This document shows positions 1-11,230 of a DNA stretch of 64,000 nucleotides, piece after piece (the first letter of the stretch is position 1; every line of letters starts with the position of its first letter). Location: assembly GCF_006345805.1 (NCBI RefSeq), contig NC_043011.1, forward strand, positions 52,092,464 through 52,156,463, given 5' to 3'. This DNA is from Octopus sinensis. Lineage: Eukaryota. A program made the position numbers and the translations under genes. Below the pieces are notes generated by a model. It was given only the letters and a program-made list of their open reading frames with translations, ran no database searches and had not been told where the DNA came from.

Positions 1-379
1 CGACGACCCGACCATGCAACAGGTTGTACTGGGTTACATGTTACCAGTAGCACTCGAAAGTGACCTGACATAGTATATATATATATATATACATACACAC
101 ATATATATATATATAGTACTAAATTAGATTTGAATTTGGGACTGTTATATTTAAACTAATGGTAGTAACATTCTTAATCACAAGGCCACTGACACATATA
201 TTTAATGTTGCACATTTAGGTCATTTAGCTGCTTCCATTTCTACTGATGAAGTTAACAGTACAAAAAACAAAAAAAATAACAACTATTGAAAACAAAAAG
301 TTTTTCCCATGAACATGAAATAACTTGAAATTGGTTGGAAGTGTTAAAACCCACAACACAAGTTGCTGGCCAAATAAGC

Positions 380-485
380 CTACATCAACCACAACAACAA
401 CAGCATGAAGATGAAGAAGGATAATCCACCCAACATGATGACATCTTGGCCTTCAAGTGATAAATTTCTTTGTGAAAGTTGGCTC
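380..485 (-). CDS. Candidate terminal exon of a minus-strand gene; reading frame unresolved
   Basis: Acceptor ttttattcctcttgtcaaatAG|G. One frame gives SQLSQRNLSLEGQDVIMLGGLSFFIFMLLLLWLM* (tail-anchor-like). Other frames give ANFHKEIYHLKAKMSSCWVDYPSSSSCCCCG* or EPTFTKKFIT*. No homologue recognised. Confidence 0.3.
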
Positions 486-1016
486 CTATTTGACAAGAGG
501 AATAAAATTAGCTAACTGACACAAGGTTCACGTTTCATTGTAGACAAGAGAGATTTTGATTAAAGGTCAGCGTGTAACATTTAACACTGAAGGTTTGACT
601 TAACGGTCAACCATAAGATAGGTGAGTATTACTGTTTGAGAGAGAACAAATGACTAAATAAATAAATAAATAAATAAAGGAGTTAATATGGTAATTATCA
701 GTGGATTTTTGTTTGTGTTGAGAAGATGAATGTTTGCCCACTTGGATGGGCCACATTATTTTTGGCTTATAAATGGCAAAAAGGCTTGTTTGTTATAAGA
801 AGTAGAAATAATTCTAGTTACTAAGCTCTACCAAAATATAGCCAATTGTTTTTACTTCCTGTAACTAATAGACATCACCAATAAATTATAAACCTATCAC
901 TTGTTTTCTCTTTTGAATCTCTCAATGAGATTTGAGATAGGCTTATACAGAGTCAAAATAACAAAACATAAATTGCCTCTTTAAAGTTGTGGATGTATAT
1001 ATATATGTGTGTGTGT

Positions 1017-1386
1017 ACTCTTTTATTTGTTTCAGTCATTTGACTGCGGCCATGCTGGAGCACCGCCTTTAGTCAAGCAAATCGACCCCAGGACTTATTC
1101 TTTGTAAGCCTAGTACTTATTCTATTGGTCTCTTTTGCCGAACTGCTAAGTTACAGGGACGTAAACACACCAGCATCGGTTGTCAAGCGATGTTGGGGGG
1201 ACAAACACAGACACACATACATATACATATATATGACGGGCTTCTTTCAGTTTCCGTCTACCAAACCCATTCACTAGACTTTGGTCAGCCCGAGGCTCTA
1301 GTAGAAGACACTTGCCCAAGGTGCCACGTAGTGGGACTGAACTCGGAACCATGTGGTTCGTAAGCAAGCTACTTACCACACAGCCG
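1017..1386 (-). mobile_element. tRNA-headed SINE family A
   Basis: Head ggctgtgtggtaagtagcttgcttacgaaccacatggttccgagttcagtccc (A/B boxes, ACG anticodon-like loop), core ccttgggcaagtgtcttc, tail gcggtgctccagcatggccgcagtcaaatgactgaaac. Confidence 0.9.
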
Positions 1387-1399
1387 CTCCAACACACGA

Positions 1400-1433
<34 letters not shown>

Positions 1434-1748
1434 TCATACACGCAATTGCATTTATAGACACCTGTCTGCTACACAGGTGCCAAACCCAAACCCACTGCAT
1501 TCTTACTGTTCTTTCCAGTAACAGCTCAGGTTGGAAACCAGCCATAATTGAAAAAAATAATAATAAATAATCTGCCTGATATTGGAGGTCTGTCACTGTT
1601 AGCTAGGGCTTGAATGCTCCGTTCCTCACCGCAAAGAGGCATAATTTAAACTTAAAACACAAAGTGCCACAACAGATACTGCAAGTTATCTTATCAGACA
1701 AGAACAAATCTGATAATTCACAACACAGGACTACCAGCTTGTATAAGA

Positions 1749-2113
1749 CTAGCAGCATCGCCTGGCGTTGCTCGGGTTTGTAAGGGAAATAACTATATAA
1801 GCATTTTTAGAGAGTTATAGCCAAAAAATAGCAAAAAAATTATGGTAAATTTTTTTTTAAATCGTTGACTCATCGTAGACATTTTTAGAGAGTTACTTCC
1901 CTTATATAATAGCGAAAAAATGCATTAAAATGGAAAAAAATGATGGTAAATTTTTTTTTAAATCGTAGACGCGCGCTAATACCCAGAAGGGCTCGATATG
2001 AATCACGACTATAAGATACCCGGTTTTGGTTAAACTAAACCGCAAAATGTGGGAGTAGTTAGGAATCTAAATCGTAGGAGACAGACACACAACTTTACTT
2101 TTATATTTCAAGA
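1749..2113 (-). mobile_element. Non-autonomous Helitron (family H1)
   Basis: On the minus strand it ends ...cccgagcaacgccaggcgatgctgCTAG|T with a subterminal hairpin; homologous to 27077-27474. Confidence 0.8.
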
Positions 2114-2388
2114 TAGGCTAAAAATTTTCTATAAGGGGGGACAACTCTAGATGGACTTTCCCAAGGAAATGATTTTCCATAGAAATTTTCAAATCCTTAC
2201 TACTAACCCGTAACAGAGCATTTTTATATCAATTGTTAATTTATAATTAACCCTTTTAATACCAAAATCAGAATTAATGATTCGGAAACCAAAAAAAAAA
2301 AAGGTAAATGTTAATTCTTGGAATATTGTTTTTCAGGGATTCCTTTCGTAAATAAAAAATACCAAGGCAATAGGAAATTATTTTTACG

Positions 2389-2702
2389 TGTGGCTGTGTA
2401 GAAAGAAATTTGCTTTCAAACGACATGATTTTGAGTTCAGTTCCACTGCGTGGTACCCGTGCCACCCAAAGCTTTGTGTCTGGATTTGGTAGACGGAAAC
2501 TGAAATGTGTTTGTCTGTCCCCCACCACCACTTGACATCTGGTGGTGGGGGACAGACATCTCTGTAACTAAGTGGTTTGGCAAAAGGAGATCGATGGAAT
2601 AAGTACCAAGCTTAAAAGTTGTGGGGTCAATTGATTCAACCACAACCCTTTAAGGAAGTGCCCCAGCATGGTCACAGTCTAATGAGTGAAACAAGTAAAA
2701 GA
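2389..2702 (+). mobile_element. SINE family A, diverged
   Basis: Same head and tail motifs as 1017-1386. Confidence 0.75.
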
Positions 2703-3439
2703 TAGATAAAATAAAAAATATGGTGAGATTTAAAGAGCAGAACTGTCGATTAATTTGAAAAATTTAACAAAGAGCTCTGTATTATTGTCCGACGAAGGAC
2801 AATCATCCTGAAACACGTGTCCCTAGATGCAGCCCAGGCAGCTGGGGGTATTTGTCTTCCCTTCGTAAATGTATATAAGAACACAGGAAAAATGTGTCAA
2901 AGCCATCAGGAGGCGTCGATGCTTCCTAGGGCTAAACAGCGGTGGTGTACCCCCACCTATTGTCACGTTCGTGTTAGATTGACAGTATACAACCATTCTA
3001 TCGCCCCACCACCGTACATGTCTCTACGAGAGATTTAGAAATTTAGTATTTCTGATTCTGTATTATTATTTTTACGGAAAGGTTTAAGAGCAGAATCACA
3101 GTGTATTGTTATTAAAACTATGGTATTCCACTCAACTAAGCACACAATCTGAACATTGTCACTGGTGCACTTTTACCCTGCATCTAGCACACCCATGCAA
3201 TTATTTTCGGTGTTCTCATAAGCACACACCCTAAATTTCGTCACCTGCCCACTAACTTCTAACTACACATCTATATAATTATATTCATTACTCCACTCAC
3301 ACACACTCATTGAACTTTGTCATAACAATGCAAATATGGAACTTGTTGATTTTTATTTTATTTTATACATCAGCTCCATCCATTTCCTATATTCATCCCC
3401 TCTCTCCTTACCCTGTCTTGCTATATTCTAATTCTCACT

Positions 3440-3760
3440 GGCTTCCATGCTGGTGGCACGTAAAAAGCACCATCCGATCATGGCCGTTTGCCAGCTTCGC
3501 CTGGCCTCTATGCCGGTGGCACATAAAAAGCACCATCCGATCGTGGCCGTTGCCAGCCTCATCTGGCACCTGTGCTGGTGGCACGTAAAAAGCATCCACT
3601 ACACTCATGGAGTGGTTGGCATTAGGAAGGGCATCCAGCTGTAGAAACATTGCCAGATCAGACTGGGCCTGGTGCAGCCTTCTGGCTTCCCAGACCCCAG
3701 TTGCACCGTCCAACCCATGCCAGCATGGAAAGCGGACACTAAATAATGATGATGATGATA
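3440..3760 (+). mobile_element. Family C retroposon tail with internal ~57-bp tandem units and (GAT)n tail
   Basis: Units ggtggcacgtaaaaagcaccatccgatcgtggccgtt(t)gccagc; 3' end ccaacccatgccagcatggaaagcggac..(gat)n. Confidence 0.85.
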
Positions 3761-4344
3761 TTGAACCCTGAATTGAAAAATCCTTTCCCTTTTAGACAAA
3801 GGGTCAGTCCCAAAATATCAGACCCCCACCTCTTGCCCAGCATAAGAACTTAACCAAGATGACAAATGAGTATGGTTGTTGGTAGGTTGTAAGATGAAAT
3901 ATCCTATTACAATTCTCTGCACAGTGAATTGTAGAACATTGGATGAGACAGCTTATGATATTTATTCCATTTCTTTGTGTCCTATGTTCTTGAATACTAT
4001 CTTTAATCTGTTGCCCAATTTAACATTATCAACTGGTCCTTGGGTGCCTTTAGTAGAGACCACTAGGTTTTAAACAATAAGGCCAGATCTCCAGTTTAAG
4101 GATAGATTCCTCCCTTTCTCCCACCATTCTTTGAGGCTCTGAAAAAATAAAGGGGCATGGGTATTGTTCAGTTCTATATTTAAGAAATGAGGAATTATGT
4201 ACATTGTTTACATTTGACGGATATTTGTCCTCATCTTGTTTCTTGTTAACACAACATTTCGGCTGATATAACCTTCAGCCTTCATCAGGTGTCTTGGGGA
4301 AATTTCGAACCTGGGTTCTCATTCCTAAGGTATTTTCACAATAG

Positions 4345-4682
4345 AAAAGGAAAAAGACAATTAGCTAACATTCCTGGACGTATTAATAACATGCACCAAA
4401 TATGAATTCAGGACATCCGTATACCACAAGCCGACCTTCACTGGATGATATCTCAACTTCAATTCCCACCATCCATACAGTGTAAAGAGAGGGATTGCTC
4501 AGTGCTTAAAACATCGAGCAAAGAATATAAGTAGCGATCGTGATACCCACCACGAAGAAATGATCAAGCTCAGTAACAATCTATTAAGCAACAACTACCC
4601 CAAAAACACACTATCTATTCCAATTATGAAGAAAAGAGGGGATGAAACCAATAAACTGTCTACAGTCTGTCTACCCTGTGTG
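4345..4682 (+). mobile_element. Penelope-like element remnant (RT C-terminal region), preceded by a Penelope-type terminal segment (~4190-4335)
   Basis: Reads LTFLDVLITCTKYEFRTSVYHKPTFTG*YLNFNSHHPYSVKRGIAQCLKHRAKNISSD...TVCLP, matching the PLE motif FLDV...SVYRKPT.T..YLNF.S.HP; one in-frame stop. Confidence 0.85.
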
Positions 4683-5360
4683 TATATTTATTTATTGGAT
4701 TTCTTTATTCTTGTTACCAAATATTTCCCCATTGGATATTTTGATTTATACTATTGTGACTTGACTATTTTTGTATAAAAATATCTAAGGTTTTTATAGC
4801 TATCGACAATGAATTGTTATGAAATAGTTATTGAAACTGATACAACCAAATTGAGGTGTGTAGAATTACAAAAATATTTTTTGTTTGCAATTCAAAGTCT
4901 AAAAATTGTGAAAACAATTTGAAATCCATCAAAGTAAAAGTATTTACTTAGAGGTTGGTCAAAAAGTGGAAATATTTTTGTGGATGAAAAGCGAAAGTTT
5001 TAATGTTTTTTTTTTTTTTTAATGCAGATCAACCTCGATGACATAACAGATTTGAATTGGACAAAATGAGTTTTGAAATAACTGACTCTTGCAAGTTTCA
5101 TACCTCAGAGGAAAGAACAAGGGTATGAAACCTGGGGAAAAAAACAGTATGAAAACAATTGAAATTTTTGGACATTTTTGGGTTGTTAAGTCTCATGGAG
5201 ATGATGACAAGTGACCAAGATTTTCTGTGCTTGAGAAGATACATCAACCTAAGTGAAATTGTAGTCGTGGCCAGTGCCAGTGACACATAAAAGACACCCA
5301 GTACACTCTGTAGAGTGGTTGTTTTTCGTTGTTTCTGGGTTGATAAAATAAAGTACATGT

Positions 5361-5810
5361 CGGTACTATTTAAGAAGAGTGGTAACGGCGCGCGCTAGTC
5401 GTGACTAGTAGATCCTTACTTTGTGTTTTTGTATTTTATTTACTTTGATTAGAAAAATTATTTACTTTGTGTTTTTGTGTTTTATATGATTTGATTTTGA
5501 TTTTTCCAGTTTCAGCTAATGAGCTGTGGCCATGCTGGGGCACCGCCATTTAAACAGAAGGGAATGCTTACAGCACCTAGGTTTCCCAAGCGGTCACCCA
5601 TCTAAGTACTAACTAGGCTCGATGTTGCTTAACTTCGGTGATCGGACGAGAACCGATGCTTTCAACGTGATATGGCCATAAGCCATATTATTTTGTGTTT
5701 TATTTACTTTGCTAGGTAGTCGTTGTAGGATCGACTAGTCACGACTCGCTAGCACGGATGCGCGACTACGCGAGTGCGCGCACCGGGACCAATCTTCTTA
5801 AATAGTACCG
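5361..5810. mobile_element. Non-autonomous TIR element (MITE) that contains the 5S copy
   Basis: Perfect 18-bp TIRs cggtactatttaagaaga (5361-5378) and tcttcttaaatagtaccg (5793-5810), subterminal ~23-bp inverted repeats, and flanking direct repeat tacatgt (5354-5360, 5811-5817). Confidence 0.8.
5563..5683 (-). rRNA. 5S rRNA: Full-length 5S rRNA gene copy, solitary and probably a retroposed pseudogene or SINE3-like head
   Basis: Reverse complement reads GCTTATGGCCATATCACGTTGAAAGCATCGGTTCTCGTCCGATCACCGAAGTTAAGCAACATCGAGCCTAGTTAGTACTTAGATGGGTGACCGCTTGGGAAACCTAGGTGCTGTAAGCATT (~120 nt), a clear metazoan 5S. It has CpG-type transitions, no T-run terminator and no tandem array. Confidence 0.92.
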
Positions 5811-6242
5811 TACATGTCAACTACTAGAACCAATTTAATCGACTAAACTCTTATTTCCAAATTTCTGGTCGTGTGCCTCCGTAAGAAATTACGGCGAAAG
5901 TAAAGAATACGTACACCCGGTGTTTAGAGTTAGGGGTTTTTTACGCCGAAAACGGGTGGTGTACGTATTCTTTACCGCCGCCGAAATTACCATATTAATG
6001 CTCAAGAAACTAGAAGATATTGAATTCTTTCAACGAAAGATAGAGGGCTAATAACTGTAAAGGATTCGGCATACCTAAGCAAGTGTGTTCGATTCGGCAG
6101 GGCACACTTGTTTGGGCATGACACTTATTCGACCTTCGGAAATAGTTAATGACAACTTCAAACTCAAGGCGAAAACTGAATAACATCTTCATTAATATTC
6201 AACAACATCAAAACTACAACCAAACTCGAGTAAGCAACTTAC

Positions 6243-6400
6243 TATAATAGCAGCAGCAGTGAATGAAGTCAAATAACGACGTCAAAGAAAGGAAACTCTA
6301 AGTTATACATTGCAAAACCACGCCATTTACAAGGGCGCTGCCATGTTTGTTTACTAAATGAAAGCCAGTCCTTACTTTCGCATCTGTCAACAGTAAAACT
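6243..6400 (-). promoter_or_regulatory. Candidate TSS / non-coding first exon of a minus-strand transcript
   Basis: On the minus strand, YY1-like motifs AACATGGCAGCGCCC and AAATGGCG lie in CpG-rich unique sequence, followed by a GTAAGT donor (plus-strand acttac, 6237-6242). All ATGs open only short uORFs. Confidence 0.4.
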
Positions 6401-7997
6401 GTGAATTTAGTATTTGGAGCAGAGAAAATGCTTTTTCAAATGATTTTATGAAAAGTTTAAATTAAAGTAATAGTATGATATATTTTAGAGGTGCAAAATC
6501 TTCAGTTTCATCATTCCAATTTTTTCTCACCTGAACTTCGGAAGTTTTAGGTCAATATTGAGGTGGGGGTCGTATCTCGAAAAATCCTTACCTGTGCATC
6601 CCTTTTAATATATGAAAACATATTCAGGTTATAGCCGAAGCAAAAGGTGGAACTAAATATTTAACATCACTAAAACAATAATTAAATAACTAATATTATC
6701 TTAAAGTAATGAGAGATGTTTTCTTGTTTAGCCCGAGGTCAGCAATCATTGAGTACGCCTATGTATGATCAATCAAAGACATTCCAGCTGCTACAATCCC
6801 ATCTTTTCAAATACAGTCAATCTTAAATTGCTTTATTTAATATCTATTTATTTTCATTTCTATTTTCAGACGGTAGGGTATGCTTATAGAAAAATTTAGC
6901 TGATATTCGAACGACCACGCAGAGCATCGCTCTTTTGACCTCGGGTCAATCCCAACGGCGAAAACCCATGGGCAAAGACGTTCCCACTATGACCTTTCTC
7001 TTGAGTGTTACGCAAGTTGCATTGACTGTAAGCCATAAAAATACTTTTCTCTAGTATAAAAACTCGTTTCATTGCTCGACATGCACATATCACAAAGGTT
7101 TCTCTCCGAACTTATAGCAGTCTAAAAGTCCATCATCATGTAGTCAGGAAACCCCTCCCAGCTCAGGCGCAACCATCATAAAAATAAAGATGAATTAGTT
7201 ATACTTTAATCGCATCTAAAAGTGTAAGCAGCAAATAAACACTGGCTAGAGGTGGTATGTAACATAGCCATAGAACCATAGCATACTCAGTCGTGTTCTG
7301 TGGGTTTACGATCGATTCAACAAACACCAAGCAAATACAGCAGGGTGTTCTACTTTGTTGTGTATCAAGTGCTTTCCCGGGGGTAGAACATTCGGATATT
7401 TGTACATAGATCATCAGAGAAAGAGTTTACAGCTAACTGCTCTTCCTATAACGACCGACAGAATTAATCCTGTGTGGATGTGATTAACTAAAGTCGTTTT
7501 GGACAACCAGAGTAATCTACCTTGCCTAAGGAAGTTCACTACAGTCTGCACGCACAAATCATGCGAAATAATGCCATACACTGTGTGTGTGTGTATACTG
7601 GGTGCGTAAGATATTGAGGCCAGATTTATGTTTATAAAAAAACAGATATTTAATAACAGATAATAACTTCATTTATCAAAAAATGCTACGAGTATAAAAA
7701 TAAACCTTTTCTATAATGTTATTCAATGAATGTTCTGTAAAGTACTTTGTTCAAAAATGATGTTAAAAAAACCAAAAAACGTGGCTGAATGAATTTCTCC
7801 TTTGAGCCAAGATTTCTATTGTCAACGCTGAACAAGCTAGTGGAGTGATGGCAAGAAGTTGTGAATTTATTATTGACTGATTTGTTAAAACTGTTGATGA
7901 GAAAGAAAGATTAAAATAAATGGAAAAAAAACCTAGAAAGTTTATCTGACAACCCAATACATGCAAACACACATACACACACGTACACACACATACA

Positions 7998-8033
<36 letters not shown>

Positions 8034-8329
8034 TATAAGCTGTGTTAAAAAAAATATACAACTTTATTTTTTTTCACCAAAACAAATTCCACATAGGCAA
8101 AATCCTTTGGGTAGGAGATGATGCCATCTTTCCTGTGCATGTATGAAAGTTTTCTCCACTGGATACAGTGGGAATTTATTTCCTTGCTAGCAATAAACAC
8201 AAGAGTGCATTTGCACCAAGAGTCAATATGAGAGTTACTCTCATGGCATCAAATACAGTGTAGCTTGTTCTAATGGAGCTTCCACGTTTAAGAGGGGACA
8301 AATATTACTTCTCAGTATTAATACTTGTA

Positions 8330-8690
8330 TATCATCATCATCATCATCATCGTTTAATGTCCGTTTTCCGCGCTAGCACAGGTTGGACGGTTCGACCGGG
8401 GTCTTGGAAGCCAGGGGCTGCACCAGGCTCCAGTCTGATCTGGCAGAGTTTCTACAGCTGGATGCCCTTCCTAACGCCAACCACTCCGCGAGTGTAGTGG
8501 GTGCTTTTTACGTGCCACCTGCACAGGTGCCAAGGGGGTCCGGCATCGGCCACGATTGGTTGGAGATTTTAACGTGCCACCGGCACGGAAGCCAGCCAAG
8601 GCGGCACTGGCAACGGCCACATTTGGATGGTGCTTTTTATGTGCCACCAGCACAGAAGCCAGTCGGGGCCGCGCTGCCATCGGCCTAAAT
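8330..8690 (-). mobile_element. Family C retroposon tail
   Basis: (ATC)n at left, reverse-complement family C motifs. Confidence 0.85.
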
Positions 8691-9339
8691 GTCACCAATA
8701 TATATTTTCTAAGAAGCTCACTGATGAATCGCAACACCAGCACCTGTTCAGGCACTGTTTTTTTATATATTGCTGGTGGGGAGATGAGTTGCTGCTATCT
8801 TTAGTGGTTGAACATCCATTATTGACAAGACCAAGGAAGGTCAAACCCACGTGACCTGGTGGTGTCAGCACTGGAGATGGCAGGGATTTATCTCCCCTCT
8901 TGTAATATAAACAAGACTGGATTTTGCACCAAAAGCCAATATTGAGAGTTTTTCTCATGGTAGCTACTACAGTATAATTTGTTCTAATGGAAAATCCACG
9001 TTTAAGTGAAGATAAATATGTATGTGTATGTGTGTGTTATATTAGATATATATATACATACACACATGTCTGTACACACAAACACACACACATACATATA
9101 TATATATACATATGCACACATATATAAAATATTTGTTTTTATGTCAGGTTTTATCATTAAGGTGAAGCATTGTACAATATGTTTTAGTAGAGTACATATT
9201 TATTAACTCTTGCAAAGAAAAAATTCACAGTGACTTCATAGCTTTGGATTGCTCACCTCCCTCAGACTGTACTTTATTTCGGTTCTTTTTGGTTTAATAT
9301 GTTTGGAAAGTTGTTATTTTTATGTAGATGAAGCTATGT

Positions 9340-9660
9340 AAATAATAATTAAATATGGTGTCGGCAGAGCGGGGAAGAGGTTGTTAAGGAAAGCATGGTT
9401 GTGGAATATAGGGAAAATGCATGCAGTTACAGGTGAGGTGAGTTGATAGAAAGCCATGGTGAAGAGATTTATTTTGGTTTGTGTTGTGATGAGAGTCACG
9501 ATGCCCCCTTGCAAGAAATAGACTGGACTGGGTGATTATAAATAGTAGCGGTCGGACTGAAGTTTGTGTGTTAGTTTGAGTTGAGTTCACAGTGAAGTCG
9601 GGAGGTGTTGGTTGGTTTAGTTCATTTGGAATATTGATTGTTGTTTTATGAAGAGTCTGT
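9340..9660 (-). mobile_element. Possible degenerate LINE endonuclease remnant
   Basis: Fragments PPDFTV and QGGIVTLIT resemble an APE N-terminal region; weak match. Confidence 0.3.
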
Positions 9661-9671
9661 TGGATCATTAT

Positions 9672-10075
9672 ACTCTTACTCTTTTACTTGCTTCAGTCAT
9701 TTGACTGCGGCCATGCTGGAGCACCGCCTTTAGTCGAGCAAATCGTCCCCGGGACTTATTCTTTGTAAGCCCAGTACTTATTCTATTGGTCTCTTTTGCC
9801 GAACTGCTAAGTGACGGGGACGTAAACACACCAGCATCGGTTGTCAAGCAATGCTAGGGGGACAAACACAGACACACAAACATATACACACACACTTATA
9901 TATATATACATATATACGACAGGCTTCTTTCAGTTTCCGTCTACCAAATCCACTCACAAGGCATCGGTCGGTCTGGGGCTATAGCAGAAGACACTTGCCC
10001 AAGATGCCACGCAGTGGGACTGAACCCGGAACCATGTGGTTGGTTAGCAAGCTACTTACCACAGTCACTCCTGCG
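9672..10075 (-). mobile_element. SINE family A, full length
   Basis: High similarity to 1017-1386. Confidence 0.9.
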
Positions 10076-10223
10076 GCTATTATGTTGTCATTACAGCTGC
10101 ATCATTATCTTGTTTACTGTTACAATACTGGTACTGTGTATCTACATATATACAGGCATACATACATACATACACACATGCAAAAATACATGTATGTATT
10201 TTTGGGGTTTAACACTTGGGTTT

Positions 10224-10310
10224 AATTTGGAGTTTAACAGTTTGTTCTCAAATATGAGTTCTTAGTCGCTAAGAACTCAAATATAGGTACAAACTGTTAA
10301 ACCCCAAATT
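10224..10310. repeat. Palindrome with ~42-bp arms and 3-nt loop
   Basis: aatttggagtttaacagtttgt...tgagttcttag-tcg-ctaagaactca...acaaactgttaaaccccaaatt. Confidence 0.85.
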
Positions 10311-10467
10311 TTCTTTTCTCTCTGACTTCCCCCAAAATCCTTTCTAATACTTGATAAGATGGCTACATTGAAACCGGTTATATTTTAAATCACTCACTGT
10401 AACAAAAATATTAAACATTCTCTAAAATATACTTCTGTGCCTTTTCCAACTTTATTTACTTTTTAAT

Positions 10468-10509
<42 letters not shown>

Positions 10510-10511
10510 TA

Positions 10512-10789
10512 TGTTGTGTCTAGGGAAAGTCATGTCAATACTATTAACACATGCACTGGTCCAATTCCTTTATCATTAGTCAATTGGTGTTAAATATCCA
10601 ACTGACTAATTGATTGTTTAATTTGCTTAACCAGTAAGTCAAAAACAAATGATTCACAGTTTAACCAAATTAAACAAACAGTTGATTAGTTAATTGGATA
10701 TTTAACCAATTAACTAATAATAAAGGAGTGGAATTGAACCAGTGGATGTGTTAATAATATCAGCATAATGACTCTCTCTAGACACAACA
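10512..10789. mobile_element. Fold-back (palindromic) MITE
   Basis: ~120-bp imperfect inverted arms starting tgttgtgtctag and ending ctagacacaaca, with a ~25-bp spacer. Confidence 0.8.
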
Positions 10790-10865
10790 AAATTTGTTTC
10801 AACCCTCAAATTCACAAAACGAATCTTGCAAACCAGATACAAAAATGAAGTATATATATATATAG

Positions 10866-11230
10866 GATCTTTACCTTTTGACCTATAGATTTAAAAAATA
10901 ATTTTTTGTAACTAAACACTTTCAAACTTCGGACACTGGTAGAATGTGTCATATAAAACATCTTTTGCTCTTAGCATTTTTGAGAAAAACTTATATTTAT
11001 GAAGTTATTTCACGTTAAAGTTCTTGTATTTCAGTAATTTCAACCAATCAATGACGTGTATTCAGCTGAATAAAATTATTGCCGTTGTTTGTCAACAACA
11101 ACTATCGGCGGTGTATTTTTCGTTTGTCACAGTTATTTATGACATCATTCATGCATTTGTACTGGTTTTAAGGTTTTAGAGTTAGGGTTTTAGGGCTAGG
11201 GTTAGGGTTAGGGTTAGGTTAGGGTTGGTC
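10866..11230. mobile_element. Truncated relative of the 43585-43995 element carrying a (TTAGGG)n tract
   Basis: Starts ggatcttt and shares inverted internal blocks (ggtagaatgtg..tataaaacatctttt; ttcaaccaatca.tgacgt) with 43585-43995; degenerate TTAGGG run at 11182-11226. Confidence 0.65.

Noticed and set aside
600-630. Plus-strand donor AG|GTGAGT as an exon end
   Set aside because: No supporting acceptor or reading frame upstream; likely chance.
4780-5100. Additional mariner remnant
   Set aside because: Only faint motif similarity and no matching TIR pair could be established.
5563-5683. Functional 5S rDNA cluster
   Set aside because: Single copy with no tandem spacer, no oligo-T terminator, and a SINE tail directly downstream.
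11182-11226. True telomere or chromosome fusion scar
   Set aside because: Only ~45 bp, degenerate, single orientation, and within a transposon-like element.
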